A stretch of DNA of 64,000 nt from Lytechinus pictus (taxonomy: Eukaryota). Each line of letters begins with the position of its first letter. The first letter of the stretch is position 1. The stretch spans positions 17,114,001 to 17,178,000 of the forward strand of contig NC_087251.1 of assembly GCF_037042905.1 (NCBI RefSeq), in the 5' to 3' direction. Both the position numbers and the translations under genes were made by a program. A model generated the notes under the pieces. The model worked only from the letters and a program-made list of their open reading frames with translations. It was not told where the DNA came from and did not search any database. Below are positions 41,658 to 53,172 of this stretch, one piece after another.

Positions 41658-44600
41658 TTTGTACTGGCCTTGCAAAAGTTCATCACTGAAGGGTCATATG
41701 CAGTAATTATTATCTCATAAAAAGAGATATTTGGATACCCATCTCATCCCGCCCTGTGGCTACTCTCAATTCATGCAACTTCCTTTCAGCGCAAGGACAT
41801 GTTCTAAGTTTTAAGTCAATAATAAATTTTGCCAGATATGATTACATTAATACCCTCTTTCATACTGCAGAGGGCATTAGCAGACCGGAGGTTGAACTGA
41901 GCTCACCATGCAATCACAACAACCTTGACCTAAAAATTTATTCTATCTCATCCAGCCATCTGCATGTAATTCTAAAAATGGAAACTAATAGGTAGTTTCA
42001 AACCTAATGATTTCCATATTTTTTTTGTATTTCTCTTTGTAATTTACATTCAAAACAAATCAATGTCAATTGTCAAATCAAGAGTAATTAGGTACTTGTA
42101 TCTGTAAGATTAATCATGACTCGTCTTTCTTTTGCCGGACAACTCTGATTTGTCAGTGTTATATAATACCAGCAATGAACAGGATATCACATCAATAAGA
42201 ATAAAGGATTTGAGATGAAATGAAAACAAATAATCCCTTCCCAATTTTTCCTCTTCAACTTCTTCCTCTTCCTACACATCATTTTCTTCATATTCATCCT
42301 CCTCTTCATCTGTCTCCTCACTCTCTTTACTTTTTCTAGGGTTCCTTTCATTTTTTAGTCTTAAAAAAACAGAATTCATTCACCAAAATGAGCAGCAAAA
42401 TAATGACTTCTGTTGTACTTAATGTGCAAAGTTGTGAAAGCAGTGATGTCTGTGATAGCGCCAAGGTGAAGATGAGGTGCGATTATGGGATAAGCTTTGG
42501 TTAAAAGAAAAAGATCAAAAGAGTGTAACAGCTACAGTCCAAGGAGTGTTTCATGGACCATCTTGACAGAGATATTCACTGACAAATTTGCTCTGAGCCA
42601 ATCGCGTGGAAGAATTACAGTAGCTTATAACAAATAGTGAAAAAAATTACTCCACGAAATGCTCCCCAGAAAAGACTCCTTGATATAATACGGATAAAAT
42701 AGATAATGGGAATTCTTAAGAGGAGGTCTACAAAAACTTGCACTTTATCTCTTGCTCTCAAAGCAACTTCTACACACCTACGGAGCTGTACTCTTTATAG
42801 AGGTCACAGGATGAAATATTAATTAGGCCTACTTGATGAAGAGAGATATTCAGAGATATATGTTCTGTTATGAGATGAAGAAGCACAGATGGTAACAGAA
42901 GTTTGAGATTATTTTGACCTTGGCAGTGAGAACAAGCATAAGAAGAAGTTTGTTGTGTGTAGCCAAGTTTGATCCAGCTGGGAAAATGAACTTTTCGTGG
43001 GTGACAACAACCCAATCAATGCTGATGTCTCTTTTACCTGATGGGCGTTATACTACTAGCTATGTTTTGAAGTTGTGCCAATGGTGTGTACATGTATTGC
43101 TTTCAAACTTTTGGGGCAAACATTGAGTATGTATCATCATGTAGGTCCATGGTATTATGAAGTATGTTTATCTCAATTTTGTACCAAATGTACCAAATCT
43201 GCCTTTATTCATTTTTTTTTCTTGTTTTCCAACTGCTTTAGTTCTTTTTCTACAGTAGCTCTTCAATACAATAATATACTTGTAAAATATTTTGATTCCA
43301 TGTAATTTTACATTGTAGTAATAAATTTTAAAGCTCCGTTATTACAAGCTATGTTCTCTATGTATGCCCTGCTTGTTCTGTTTATTCAGATCTGTCATGG
43401 GCCTTCTTTTTATATAATTTTCTGTATTTATTCATTTGTCTTTAATGATTTGAATGTCAATGAATAATAAAAAAGTAATAGAAGATTGGGTCCTTCTTCA
43501 TTTTAATGTAAAGATGAAAGTTGACCATCTGATCCACAAAATAGTAATTGTTTCTCTACCCCCCAGGTTTTGGGGAAAGCATGGTTAAAATCAACAAGAG
43601 TGTTAGTCTATTGGACAATAATATAGACAGATTGACGAGAGAGAGAGAGTTTAGTCCCAGAGCCCCCTCTTTTCGTTTTTGGTGCGGCACATAGGTATCA
43701 TTTTATAATTTGAGTACCCCCCCATGGGTATTTCAATCAGGTATACATATTCCCTATTGTTTTATTTCAAAGGACATTATAGAAATGAAATGAAAAATAA
43801 AAATCAAATTCTTTCATATTAAGAGCTATTGCCACCTAAGCTAATGGTCTAGTAGGTCTACGGCACCTTGTCAAAGGTTAGAGCCATGTCTTGCCAGCAG
43901 AAATACTGCAAGCAGCTTTTCAGAGTATTTCATCAAAGACATTACAATAGGTATTAATGCACGAAAGCCTCAATGAAAGATGCAGAGCATCCTTATAGCA
44001 AGATTCCTGCTAAAAGAGGTGATAACAGAGACTTTTGACAAGTTGCATGAGTGAGAACGAAGCCAAAGAAGCCAGCTTGTAATAGCAGTTGTCTTATTAC
44101 TAATGTCCACCAAATCCATCATCTAACTGATGTAATGCGTACATGCACATTGAAAGTGTTTATCCCTTGGCCAAGATGACTCAAACCCGGTAGAAATTAT
44201 GATGTCAACTTTGGTTGTCATTCTGGTAATTCTCAAAATTGCAAATGCCAATAACAGATAGGTTGATGAGGAATCCTGGTTACTATTATAGACTCTGATG
44301 ACTATAACAAGTTTGATTGAATTTACACACAAAGCGTGTCTGTGTCTTATCCATTTCCGTTCCATGATGATGGAGTGAGCTGGACTCTGTTCTGAACTTT
44401 GGCTGCAGACCCATTGGACAGAGGTACAGGTAGATGAAAATTGTTAAAGGTGGCAAGCAACCGTCCTTGTAGGTCAATTGATGTACAAGTTCTGCATGTT
44501 TTAATGCTGAGCAAGACTTGGCTTGTAGCTCAGCCTGTTGTAATACTTACTCCTTCTATTAGATGCAATGCAAAAATAACCTGATAAATTACTAAAGATT

Positions 44601-44729
44601 TGCTACAGTAAGCATCGGCTATATCAAGCATCGGATAGAAGTGCTAAGACTTTTGAAACTTATTACTTCTCATTATTAATGCATAGATATCATGATACAT
44701 TAATTAACATGAAAGACTTGGTTGATTAC

Positions 44730-44998
44730 CTGATTTTGGTTAACATTGATTTCTATGGCTTGGATGGTCTGGCAGCCATCGGGTATCTGCGTTATCAGGT
44801 TCTTTGATAGATCCAGTACATCGAGATGTCTTAGGGCCCCTATGTCTGTAGGAAAGTTCTTGATCTGATTGCCAGATAGGTGAAGAGATTTCAGAGAAGA
44901 CAGTCTAGTGATGGATGATGGGATGCTCGTCAAACGGTTACCTGATAAACAGAGTGTATCAAGCTTCTTCAGCGAGAAGAACTCTTCCGGCAAAATAA
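44730..44998 (-). CDS. LRRC57: LRRC57 coding exon (VILPEEFFSLKKLDTLCLSGNRL...LRHLDVLDLSKN...IEINVNQNQ)
   Basis: ccag acceptor and gtaatc donor, 269 bp, phase 1/0. LxxLxLxxN LRR repeats match LRRC57. Confidence 0.94.
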
Positions 44999-45337
44999 CT
45001 GGAGTTGAGAAAGACACAGAGCACAACAATAATATTTCATTGAACTGGTGATTAAAACCATTACAGAACTAAATGTAACATACTGATTTTAATTTAATTT
45101 GGTGAATATCATTTCATAAAAAAGCAACAAAATATTTGGCTACTTTAAGAGATTGGCATTTCCCTGAAATACTTCATTTGTGTAGGAAGATATCATGCTT
45201 TTTTTGAAAAATGACATTCATTTCCAAATAACTACCATGAATATATTTTTTTCATAATGCACTGCATCTGTCTGAATTTGTAGCAGACTGTACATGTAGA
45301 GTGTAGGCACATAGTCAACTTAGATGTATCCATTTAA

Positions 45338-45927
45338 AGGAGAATGAAACTATTGGAGCAAGTTAGCTTTTGTGAAAGCAGAAAAATCAAAGAATAAGAT
45401 CAACAAAAGTTTGAGTAAAATACATGTAGGACTAGCAATAGAAGAGTTATGAGCATTTGAATTTCGAGATCACTAATGTTATGGAGATCCTCCCATTGGC
45501 AATGCGACCAAGATCTACGATGTCACAGATGAACAACTCTCCCCTTTTGGACACTGAAAATATACCCCAAAACATCTCTTTTTGCTCATTTTAATCATAT
45601 GACAAACAATTCATCAATGATATAATGTTGTGAAACCTCTGTACTTGTCCTCTCATAAAGAGAACACCTCACCTTGTGATAGACTCTATAAAAGTGAGAA
45701 TATAAGTGAAATAAGTACTAAAGTAATGAGGGAGTTGTACGTGTGTGACATCACAGATCTTGGTCACATTGCCAATGGGAGGAACTACATGGCATTAGTG
45801 CTCTCAATATTCAAATGCTCATAACTTTCTTATTATTCATTCAATCTTCCTCAAACTTTCAACAATATGATTCTTTGATTTTTCTCTTTGATATGTATTC
45901 CGCTGGTTTCAAGGGTTTCATTCTCCT
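45338..45927. mobile_element. TTAA-targeting (Kolobok-like) fold-back MITE
   Basis: TTAA flanks (45334-45337, 45928-45931). TIR AGGAGAATGAAAC / GTTTCATTCTCCT continues as ~200-bp imperfect inverted arms. Confidence 0.85.
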
Positions 45928-46665
45928 TTAAGTTTTTGCAAAGAACTCTATATTCAGTCAACAAACAATCGTGTTGTTGAATTCATGACTGACCTAGCCC
46001 AGGTACAGGAGAGAAATCAAGCTGCGAATGAGATCAACACACACTCTAATGAAGAGTTGACTGATGTGATAATTACTATAAGATACAAGCCATTACTTTC
46101 AACTTACCAAATTTGATTACTAATGCAGATTAACTCAATTTTGTACATTACATTTTATGAAAACAAATCAATCTACAGTTTGATGAAAGAATAAAGAAGA
46201 CAAAATACCAATTTTCACATATGTTAAAAATAATCTGTGAATTTACGGTCTAAAAGAGTTCATAATTTAAAGGTCAAGTCCACCCAAGAAAAATGTGGAT
46301 TTGAATCGATAGAGAAAATCCATCAGCCATAACACTGAAAATTTTATAAAAATCGGTTGTAAAATAAGAAAGTTTTGATTACTTTTCACAAAATAGTTAT
46401 ATGCAGAAATCAGTGACATGCAATTGAGAGAGTCGATGATGTCCCTCACTCACAATTAATTTTTTTTTATTGTTTGAATTATACAATATTTCAATTTTTA
46501 CAAATTTGACAAGGACCAACTTGACTGCACCATAAAATGTTATTAAAACAACATTGGTAACTTCAGATGTTCAGGGAGGAATACATGTAAAACTTTCCAT
46601 CACATGACAATGAGGGGAAAATTAGAATACTGTATTTCATATAATAAAATACCAAAGAAATATGG

Positions 46666-47663
46666 TGTCAGGAAAGAAATTTAATTATAGAGTATTTCAG
46701 TTGAGTTCAGACATGTGTTTAAAATATTTACTTGGTCCAGCTTATGGTAGGCCTATAGACAATTGTATATGTACATATGTTTTGAATGTTTCAAAAGCAA
46801 GCGTTGGGAACGTTTGATACACCCCCCCCCTAGAGTCCAAGATCAGGTGGATGTCATATTTTGTTCAAGTGTTAGACATATTTCGTACTAGCTAAGCATC
46901 TTCATACAGGTGTCATAAATAGTTAATACTGTGCTTTAGCATTGAAGAATGTAGATGTACAGATGCACAGGAAGTCTTTTTGTTATTAAGAATGTGTTGC
47001 TTTATGCACTCATCTGCTATAAAAATTCTTTGAATTACGTTATAGAAATTTTACAGTTATTCCTAGTAACGGTAGGGTATATTAGGAGGTTAGTTTCAAT
47101 AATTCAAGGAGAACCACCTAAGCTAGAATAGACTACAGACGTTCGTATAGGCAGTCTAAGTTATAACTGAAGGGACTACGTCGGTGACGAGATAACGACC
47201 CCAGCTGCCACCGGTTCTCCACCGACATGTTTTCGTCAAAACTCATGTCATCATTGGGGGCTCGATCTCGTCCACTAATTCGTTGAAGCCACATCTCTGA
47301 TCTGGGGGTTACTCATCAAAGGGGCAACACAGTCTGCGGAGGCCGAGGCCGAGTGGAAGAGACATCGCTAGCTGCGGAGGCCAGGAACTGGACCGACCAC
47401 CAGGGCCGAGTGGGGCATGTCAGGCCAGATGAGACGATGGGGGCTAGAGTCAACGATTACCGTTAAGTTAAGTTGTATTTTGTTTTATCCATGTACATTT
47501 TCATGTACAAATTATTGTAAAACCATCAAAAGAGAACATCAGAAAGATTGAAGAGATATGATTAAATCTTTTTAATAACTGTATTTATCAGTTTCACGTA
47601 TTCTTTTTTGGTGTCAAGCAGCAGTAAGTAAATAATTAAAAAAAAGTCACTTCCCACGTGACA
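46666..47663 (+). repeat. 5' LTR (998 bp)
   Basis: TGTCA...TGACA; direct repeat of 53173-54169. Confidence 0.97.
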
Positions 47664-47666
47664 ATT

Positions 47667-47683
47667 TGGAGGTCCCACCGAGA
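47667..47683 (+). other. Primer binding site complementary to the tRNA-Gln 3' end
   Basis: TGGAGGTCCCACCGAGA lies 3 nt after the LTR. It is the reverse complement of the metazoan tRNA-Gln 3' end (...TCTCGGTGGGACCT-CCA). Confidence 0.88.
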
Positions 47684-48299
47684 CACTGCTGCTTGAAATA
47701 ATTCAAAATTATTTAGGAAAGAAATTAATCTGTGGTCATCTTTCCAAATGGATACTTTATTGATGGTCTATTGGTAATAGCTCTTAAAAGTATTTCTCCC
47801 CAAGGTGTGCATTGAAGCCTTGGTACTAATCATACTTGCTATGCTTGAATTTACATTTGGATAGTACGATGAATTATTGTGGGAAATTTTCAGTGAGAAA
47901 ATATACTTCATACCTTTTTTCGGCCGGGTAAACAGCATTTAGGGAAAGCAGGCCCTGTTTTAATGCTATGGTATATAGTGGGCTGTTGGTCGTTAGGATA
48001 AAGGATATGTCGGGAAGAACTGTTTGTTCTTAATTCACATAATTACTGTCTATTCTTACGGGTAACTCGTTGGCAGGGTAGCAAGTATTGTATGTTACAG
48101 ACTGTGAATTTGTATGTGTGAAGTGGGCTTTGTTGTTCGCATGGTTGAATAATTGTATGCTCGTGGAGATACGATTTCTAGTGCGGTGCTTGTACTAGGG
48201 TTCGGCATTTGGTTGCCAGGTTAAAGCTATTGTTGCTTTGTTTTGCGGACGCCTTTCACAATTCAAGTCTGGTTGCTAGGTTTTTGGAATTCATTCAAT

Positions 48300-51200
48300 A
48301 TGGCTAGCATAGAGAAAATGAAGGAGTTTTCTACTTTAGGTAGGGAGATGGGACTTAGTGGTGGCGAATTGAGTAGTTTTGTCACAGATTCGATGGAACG
48401 TGAACGAGAACGTGAAAAGGAAGTTCATGAATTGCGCTTGGCCCAAATTAAAATTGAACAGGCAAAATTAGAGGAACGCCCTCTTGAGTTCAGTGGGATT
48501 AAGTTGAAGGTAGGAAAGTTTGACGAATCAACTGACAGTTTTGATTCTTACATAACAAAGTTTGAATTGTTAATGGATAGTCAGAACGTACCAAAACAAG
48601 TTAGGTGCTTGCATTTAATTTCAAATCTGACTGGAAAATCGCTGGATGTAGTGAATAGAATGAATAGCACTGATCGCACCGATTATGATAGGGTAAAGCG
48701 TGAGCTTATGGAATATTTCCATCTTACTGAGAATGGTTATAGAAAGAAATTCAGGTCGGTAAGACCAAATAGGGAAGAGCGCCCAAAACAGTTTGCTGTT
48801 CGGATGAAAGGATACTTTGATAAGTGGTTGGATTTGTCTGGTGTTGGTGATTACGATTCCCTGGTCGATTTGGTTGTTAGGGAGCAATTTTTGGATTGTT
48901 GCCCCAGAGAGGTAGTTGGATTCTTGAAGGAAAGGAATTGTGGGAAGTTACATGAGATGGTTGAATGTGCTGAGATATATGTGCATGCGCATGGATTGCA
49001 TACTTTCATTGGTCATAGAAATGATAAATTCAATCCTAAGAATCAGAACCAAAGACAGAATCAAAATCAGAAACAGAAATTAAGTCAGATCCATAACACT
49101 AAATCAGTATTAGGTCCACAGGCAGATAGGAAGCCCAAGTATGCTAGTTCAACGAAAAATAGCACAAAACCTAGCTATGGTAATAGCGGTACAAAGAATG
49201 GATGTTATATGTGTGGTAGTCCGAATCATTTGAAATGGAATTGTCCAATGAAGCCCATAGTTCATTCAGCTCAGGCTATGAGTGTGGAGGACACTCCACT
49301 GGATAGTGTTAGGTCAGAAAATTCGGGTTTACATTTGAATAGGAATGAGAATTTTATGTCAATAGGAACTTTGCGTTCAGACGATAGGGCTAGTAGTCAG
49401 TCAAAATCCACTGGATTTGTTGAAAGTTCAGCTGGATGTGTTCTCATAGGCAATCCAATGATTACAGTTCCGTCAGAAAGTGAGAGTGTTGAAACGCTTG
49501 GTATGGCATACGATGAGGTTGGTGCAATGATTGATGATATGCCAGTTGTTTCGGGTAGGTTGTTACCCAAGAACAAGCCTGTTTCCGTGCTGAAGGATTC
49601 TGGGAGTAGTACAAGTGTAGTGAGAACGAGTTTAGTATTAGACAATCAGTTCACGGGAGTGATTCAGTTAGTTAGGCTGATAGATGGTACTCTGAGACGT
49701 TTTCCTAGGGCAAATATCATGCTAGATAGTCCCTATTTCATTGGAGAAATCAATGCCTTGTGTATGCCCAATTGTTTGTGTGACGTCATTATTGGCAATG
49801 ATGTGAAGGGGGCACGTGAGCCCAAGGATCCTGACCTGCAATGGGTGCCTAGTATAGTTCAAAAGGCGAATAGTTCCGATGTTGATGATCGGGTATCCGA
49901 AGTTGATATGCAAAGTTCGGAAGTTGTGTCGAGTTCGGAAGATAATGTTCGGGTTTCCAAAATGGATGAGTCTGTTACGAAAGTGGATGAGGTTTTGGAT
50001 GATGTGCCTTCATGTGTGGATGAGGCGATGGCTGTTGAAACTAGAGCACAAAAGCAAAGTCAATCTAAACCTAAACAAGATTTGAAAGTAAGAGACTCGG
50101 GAGTAAAAGTGAAGTCGGAGGACTTTTTGCGAGAGCAAAAGGATGATTTGTCACTTAAGCCTTTGTGGAACAAGGTGAATGATATCGAGACTAAATCGAG
50201 ATTCTTGTTCATGTCAGAGAAGAATTGTCTTTATCGACAAGAAAGGGATATGAGAAATCCAAGTGTTGGTGTTGGTCCCAAGTTAGTGGTTGTTCCAAAG
50301 ACACACAGGTCTGAGATTATGCGAATTGCCCATGATTCATTGTTTGGTGGACATCTCGGCATTAACAATACATTGTCAAAGGTTAAAGCCCAGTTTTATT
50401 GGCCAAGTATGTATGAGGATGTTGCCAATTTCTGCCGATCATGTGACGTGTGTCAGAAGACTGTTAGTAAAGGGAGAGTCCCCAAAACGACTCTCGGTAA
50501 GTTACCGATAGTTGGCGTCCCATTTCAACGAATTGCGATAGATTTAATGGGTCCATTCATTCCATCTGCAAGAGGACATACTCACATCTTAACGATAGTA
50601 GATTATGCGACTAGATATGTAGAAGCTATACCATTGAAATCAATATCGACTGTAGATGTAGCTGAGGCATTAGTCACTGTGTATAGTAGGGTAGGTGTTC
50701 CTTGTGAAGTAATGTCAGACTTAGGTACACAATTTGTATCTGATTTAATGAGGAAGGTGTCACAGTTGTTATCAGTCAAACAAATAACAAGCTCTAGATA
50801 CCATCCGATGTGTAATGGCCTTGTAGAGAGGTACAATGGAGTAATTAAGACAGCTTTGAGGCGTCTTTGTTCTGAGGAGCCACGTCAGTGGGACAGGTAC
50901 TTACCTGCTTTGTTGTTTGCTCTGCGAGAAGCACCCAGTTCGAGCCTGGGGTTTTCTCCATTTGAATTACTCTATGGTAGACATGTGAGAGGTCCAATGG
51001 ATATTTTGAGAGAATTATGGACGAATGAGAGTATTGACGCAGAGTTAGGTAACGAGTATGAATACGTAATTGACTTAAGGAAGCGGTTGGTCGAGTCTTG
51101 GCAATTGGCGCAAGACACTTTGAAATCCTCCGCAAAGAGGTACAAAGGTTATTATGATCGAAATGCGAAGAAAAGGAAGTTGATTGTTGGTGATGAGGTC

Positions 51201-51827
51201 TTGATACTTTTACCTACTGTTCATAACAAGTTACTAGTGGAATGGCAAGGACCATTTAAGGTTGTTGGTACCAAGTTTGACTATGATTATGTTGTCGACG
51301 TCAATGGTGTGAGGAAGACATATCATATCAATCTTCTCAGGCGATATGTTCGTAGGGAAGAAGAGGTGGCTGCTAGCTGTTTTGATGTTGGTACTTTCAA
51401 TGTTAAGGATAAAGAAGAGGGAGAGATGATAGATGAGTGTATTGGAGATGCGCCTGATATGCCATGCTCATTACAAAAGGAGTTTGTGAATCATGTTCAT
51501 GATCCTAAGGATGAGGTTCGAGAATTGTCATGCGAATACCAGGATGTATTCACGATCATTCCTAAGCGAACTTCAGTGGCTGAGTGTAAAATTAATTTGA
51601 CAAGTGATGGACCTGTTCGTTCTCCCCCTTACACTAGAGTACCCCAAGTTGTCGAGGTTGAGTCAATGCTGAAGTCAAGGGTTGTCGAGCCTTCGGATCC
51701 GTCTTATGCGCATCCGATTGTATTGGTTAAGAAACCGGATAGTTCAGACTGGTTTTGGATAGATGTCCGGCACCTTAACAAGATAACCGTGTTTGATCCC
51801 GGGTCTATATCAAATGAGCTGGTGTGA
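48300..51827 (+). CDS. Retrotransposon polyprotein (1175 aa from ATG): SCAN-like Gag, CCHC knuckle, aspartic protease, integrase, truncated RT
   Basis: SCAN-like YRKKFR...LVVREQFL (~48738-48990); CYMCGSPNHLKWNC (49203-49244); LKDSGS protease (D at 49596); HHCC (50331-50453); D,D(35)E at 50541/50718/50826; WQGPF (~51249); RT N-terminal stub PIVLVKKPD...IDVRHLN (~51543-51824), then stop. Confidence 0.95.
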   Translation: MASIEKMKEFSTLGREMGLSGGELSSFVTDSMEREREREKEVHELRLAQIKIEQAKLEERPLEFSGIKLKVGKFDESTDSFDSYITKFELLMDSQNVPKQVRCLHLISNLTGKSLDVVNRMNSTDRTDYDRVKRELMEYFHLTENGYRKKFRSVRPNREERPKQFAVRMKGYFDKWLDLSGVGDYDSLVDLVVREQFLDCCPREVVGFLKERNCGKLHEMVECAEIYVHAHGLHTFIGHRNDKFNPKNQNQRQNQNQKQKLSQIHNTKSVLGPQADRKPKYASSTKNSTKPSYGNSGTKNGCYMCGSPNHLKWNCPMKPIVHSAQAMSVEDTPLDSVRSENSGLHLNRNENFMSIGTLRSDDRASSQSKSTGFVESSAGCVLIGNPMITVPSESESVETLGMAYDEVGAMIDDMPVVSGRLLPKNKPVSVLKDSGSSTSVVRTSLVLDNQFTGVIQLVRLIDGTLRRFPRANIMLDSPYFIGEINALCMPNCLCDVIIGNDVKGAREPKDPDLQWVPSIVQKANSSDVDDRVSEVDMQSSEVVSSSEDNVRVSKMDESVTKVDEVLDDVPSCVDEAMAVETRAQKQSQSKPKQDLKVRDSGVKVKSEDFLREQKDDLSLKPLWNKVNDIETKSRFLFMSEKNCLYRQERDMRNPSVGVGPKLVVVPKTHRSEIMRIAHDSLFGGHLGINNTLSKVKAQFYWPSMYEDVANFCRSCDVCQKTVSKGRVPKTTLGKLPIVGVPFQRIAIDLMGPFIPSARGHTHILTIVDYATRYVEAIPLKSISTVDVAEALVTVYSRVGVPCEVMSDLGTQFVSDLMRKVSQLLSVKQITSSRYHPMCNGLVERYNGVIKTALRRLCSEEPRQWDRYLPALLFALREAPSSSLGFSPFELLYGRHVRGPMDILRELWTNESIDAELGNEYEYVIDLRKRLVESWQLAQDTLKSSAKRYKGYYDRNAKKRKLIVGDEVLILLPTVHNKLLVEWQGPFKVVGTKFDYDYVVDVNGVRKTYHINLLRRYVRREEEVAASCFDVGTFNVKDKEEGEMIDECIGDAPDMPCSLQKEFVNHVHDPKDEVRELSCEYQDVFTIIPKRTSVAECKINLTSDGPVRSPPYTRVPQVVEVESMLKSRVVEPSDPSYAHPIVLVKKPDSSDWFWIDVRHLNKITVFDPGSISNELV

Positions 51828-53158
51828 GAGAGCTTTAGTTCACTAGGATGTTGATAATTACGGATATATGGTTCAAAATATATTTCATAAACATTAAATA
51901 CTTATACACAATATTATACACTGCTCGTTTTCGTAAAATAAACATTTTATATAATATCTGTGCACTTATGAATAGTAATATTTTCTATATTCCTGTCGTG
52001 TAAAAGAAGCCATAAGGCCAATTTTTTTTATATATATATATACAATGCTTTGTTTGATGCATAAGTATTTTGCAGATATTCATGATCTTTTTATCATTTA
52101 TTCCAGGTATCCTTGGATCTTCGAAGCTAATCACAATCGCAACTCAATTACAATTCGCGATTAGAAATTAGAATAGGGATTTACGTTAGTAGGGCTTACC
52201 TGTGAATTTAGTTAGAATAGGGAAACTTATAGGTCATTTAGTTTAGGAAGTTAGGAAATAAGATTGTAAAATTATATTTTTGTTGTACTTTATATAAAAT
52301 ATGTATGCAATGAAAACAAAACGGAAAGAGTCGCTTGTTCGTAAGAAGTCTTAAACAAAAAAAAATCTTAAAGAGTTATTGATATTCTAAAACAGGCACT
52401 TTCATTGTACAAAATACATATTTATGTGTTAGAATATGCTGTATTCGTACAAGTGCTATTCAAATTCGTTTAATGAAAATATTGCGAATCAGTAACTGTG
52501 TTTGAAATATAAAATTTGTTTCTTTAATCGATTATTTAAAAAAAATAAAATTAAGCAAGAACATAACGTTGAATTCAAATATGTTAAACATGAAACGGTT
52601 GAAACTTTGTAACCATTTTTGAAGTAATTTATGTACACAAAAATATGAATTTTTGAAAACTGAATGGCATTGCAATAATTTTAATTTACTTGAATGTTTA
52701 AAAAAAAAAATGCTGATTTTGAGAAGAATACTGATTTTACATACATAAAGCAATGTTTTAAGGATTATGAAGTACTTTCATTTATTGAAATATACAATGC
52801 TATGAAAGTGGTAACAAACACTGCACTTTGTTTTAAAAGAAGTTGTGTTCGGAAAGATTACTGAATTTAAACAGTTATTTGACAAAGCAAAGTAAGAAAG
52901 GATTGTAAATTATAATGCGCTTTGCAGAATTTAAACGATATTTTGAAACTGAAAGTGAAATTGATCTTTTACAAAACTAAAAAGCTTAGATGATTTGATA
53001 TGAAATGGTTTTGTATAATGCATTTGGCATATATGTTATGCTGGTATAAAAATCGATTATTACTTGTGTTTTTGGAAATAGTGTTATGAAAGCTTAGTCA
53101 ATGCTTTGAAAGTAAATTTCTTTAACGGATGTAATTCAGGTTCCCTTAATTTCATCTT

Positions 53159-53170
53159 AAGGTGGGGGAT
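53159..53170 (+). other. Polypurine tract
   Basis: AAGGTGGGGGAT ends 2 nt before the 3' LTR. Confidence 0.8.
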
Positions 53171-53172
53171 AT

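Noticed and set aside
48243..48299. ORF-track N-terminal extension of the polyprotein from a TTG start
   Set aside because: Eukaryotic context; the first in-frame ATG at 48300 (AATATGG, good Kozak context) is the likely start.
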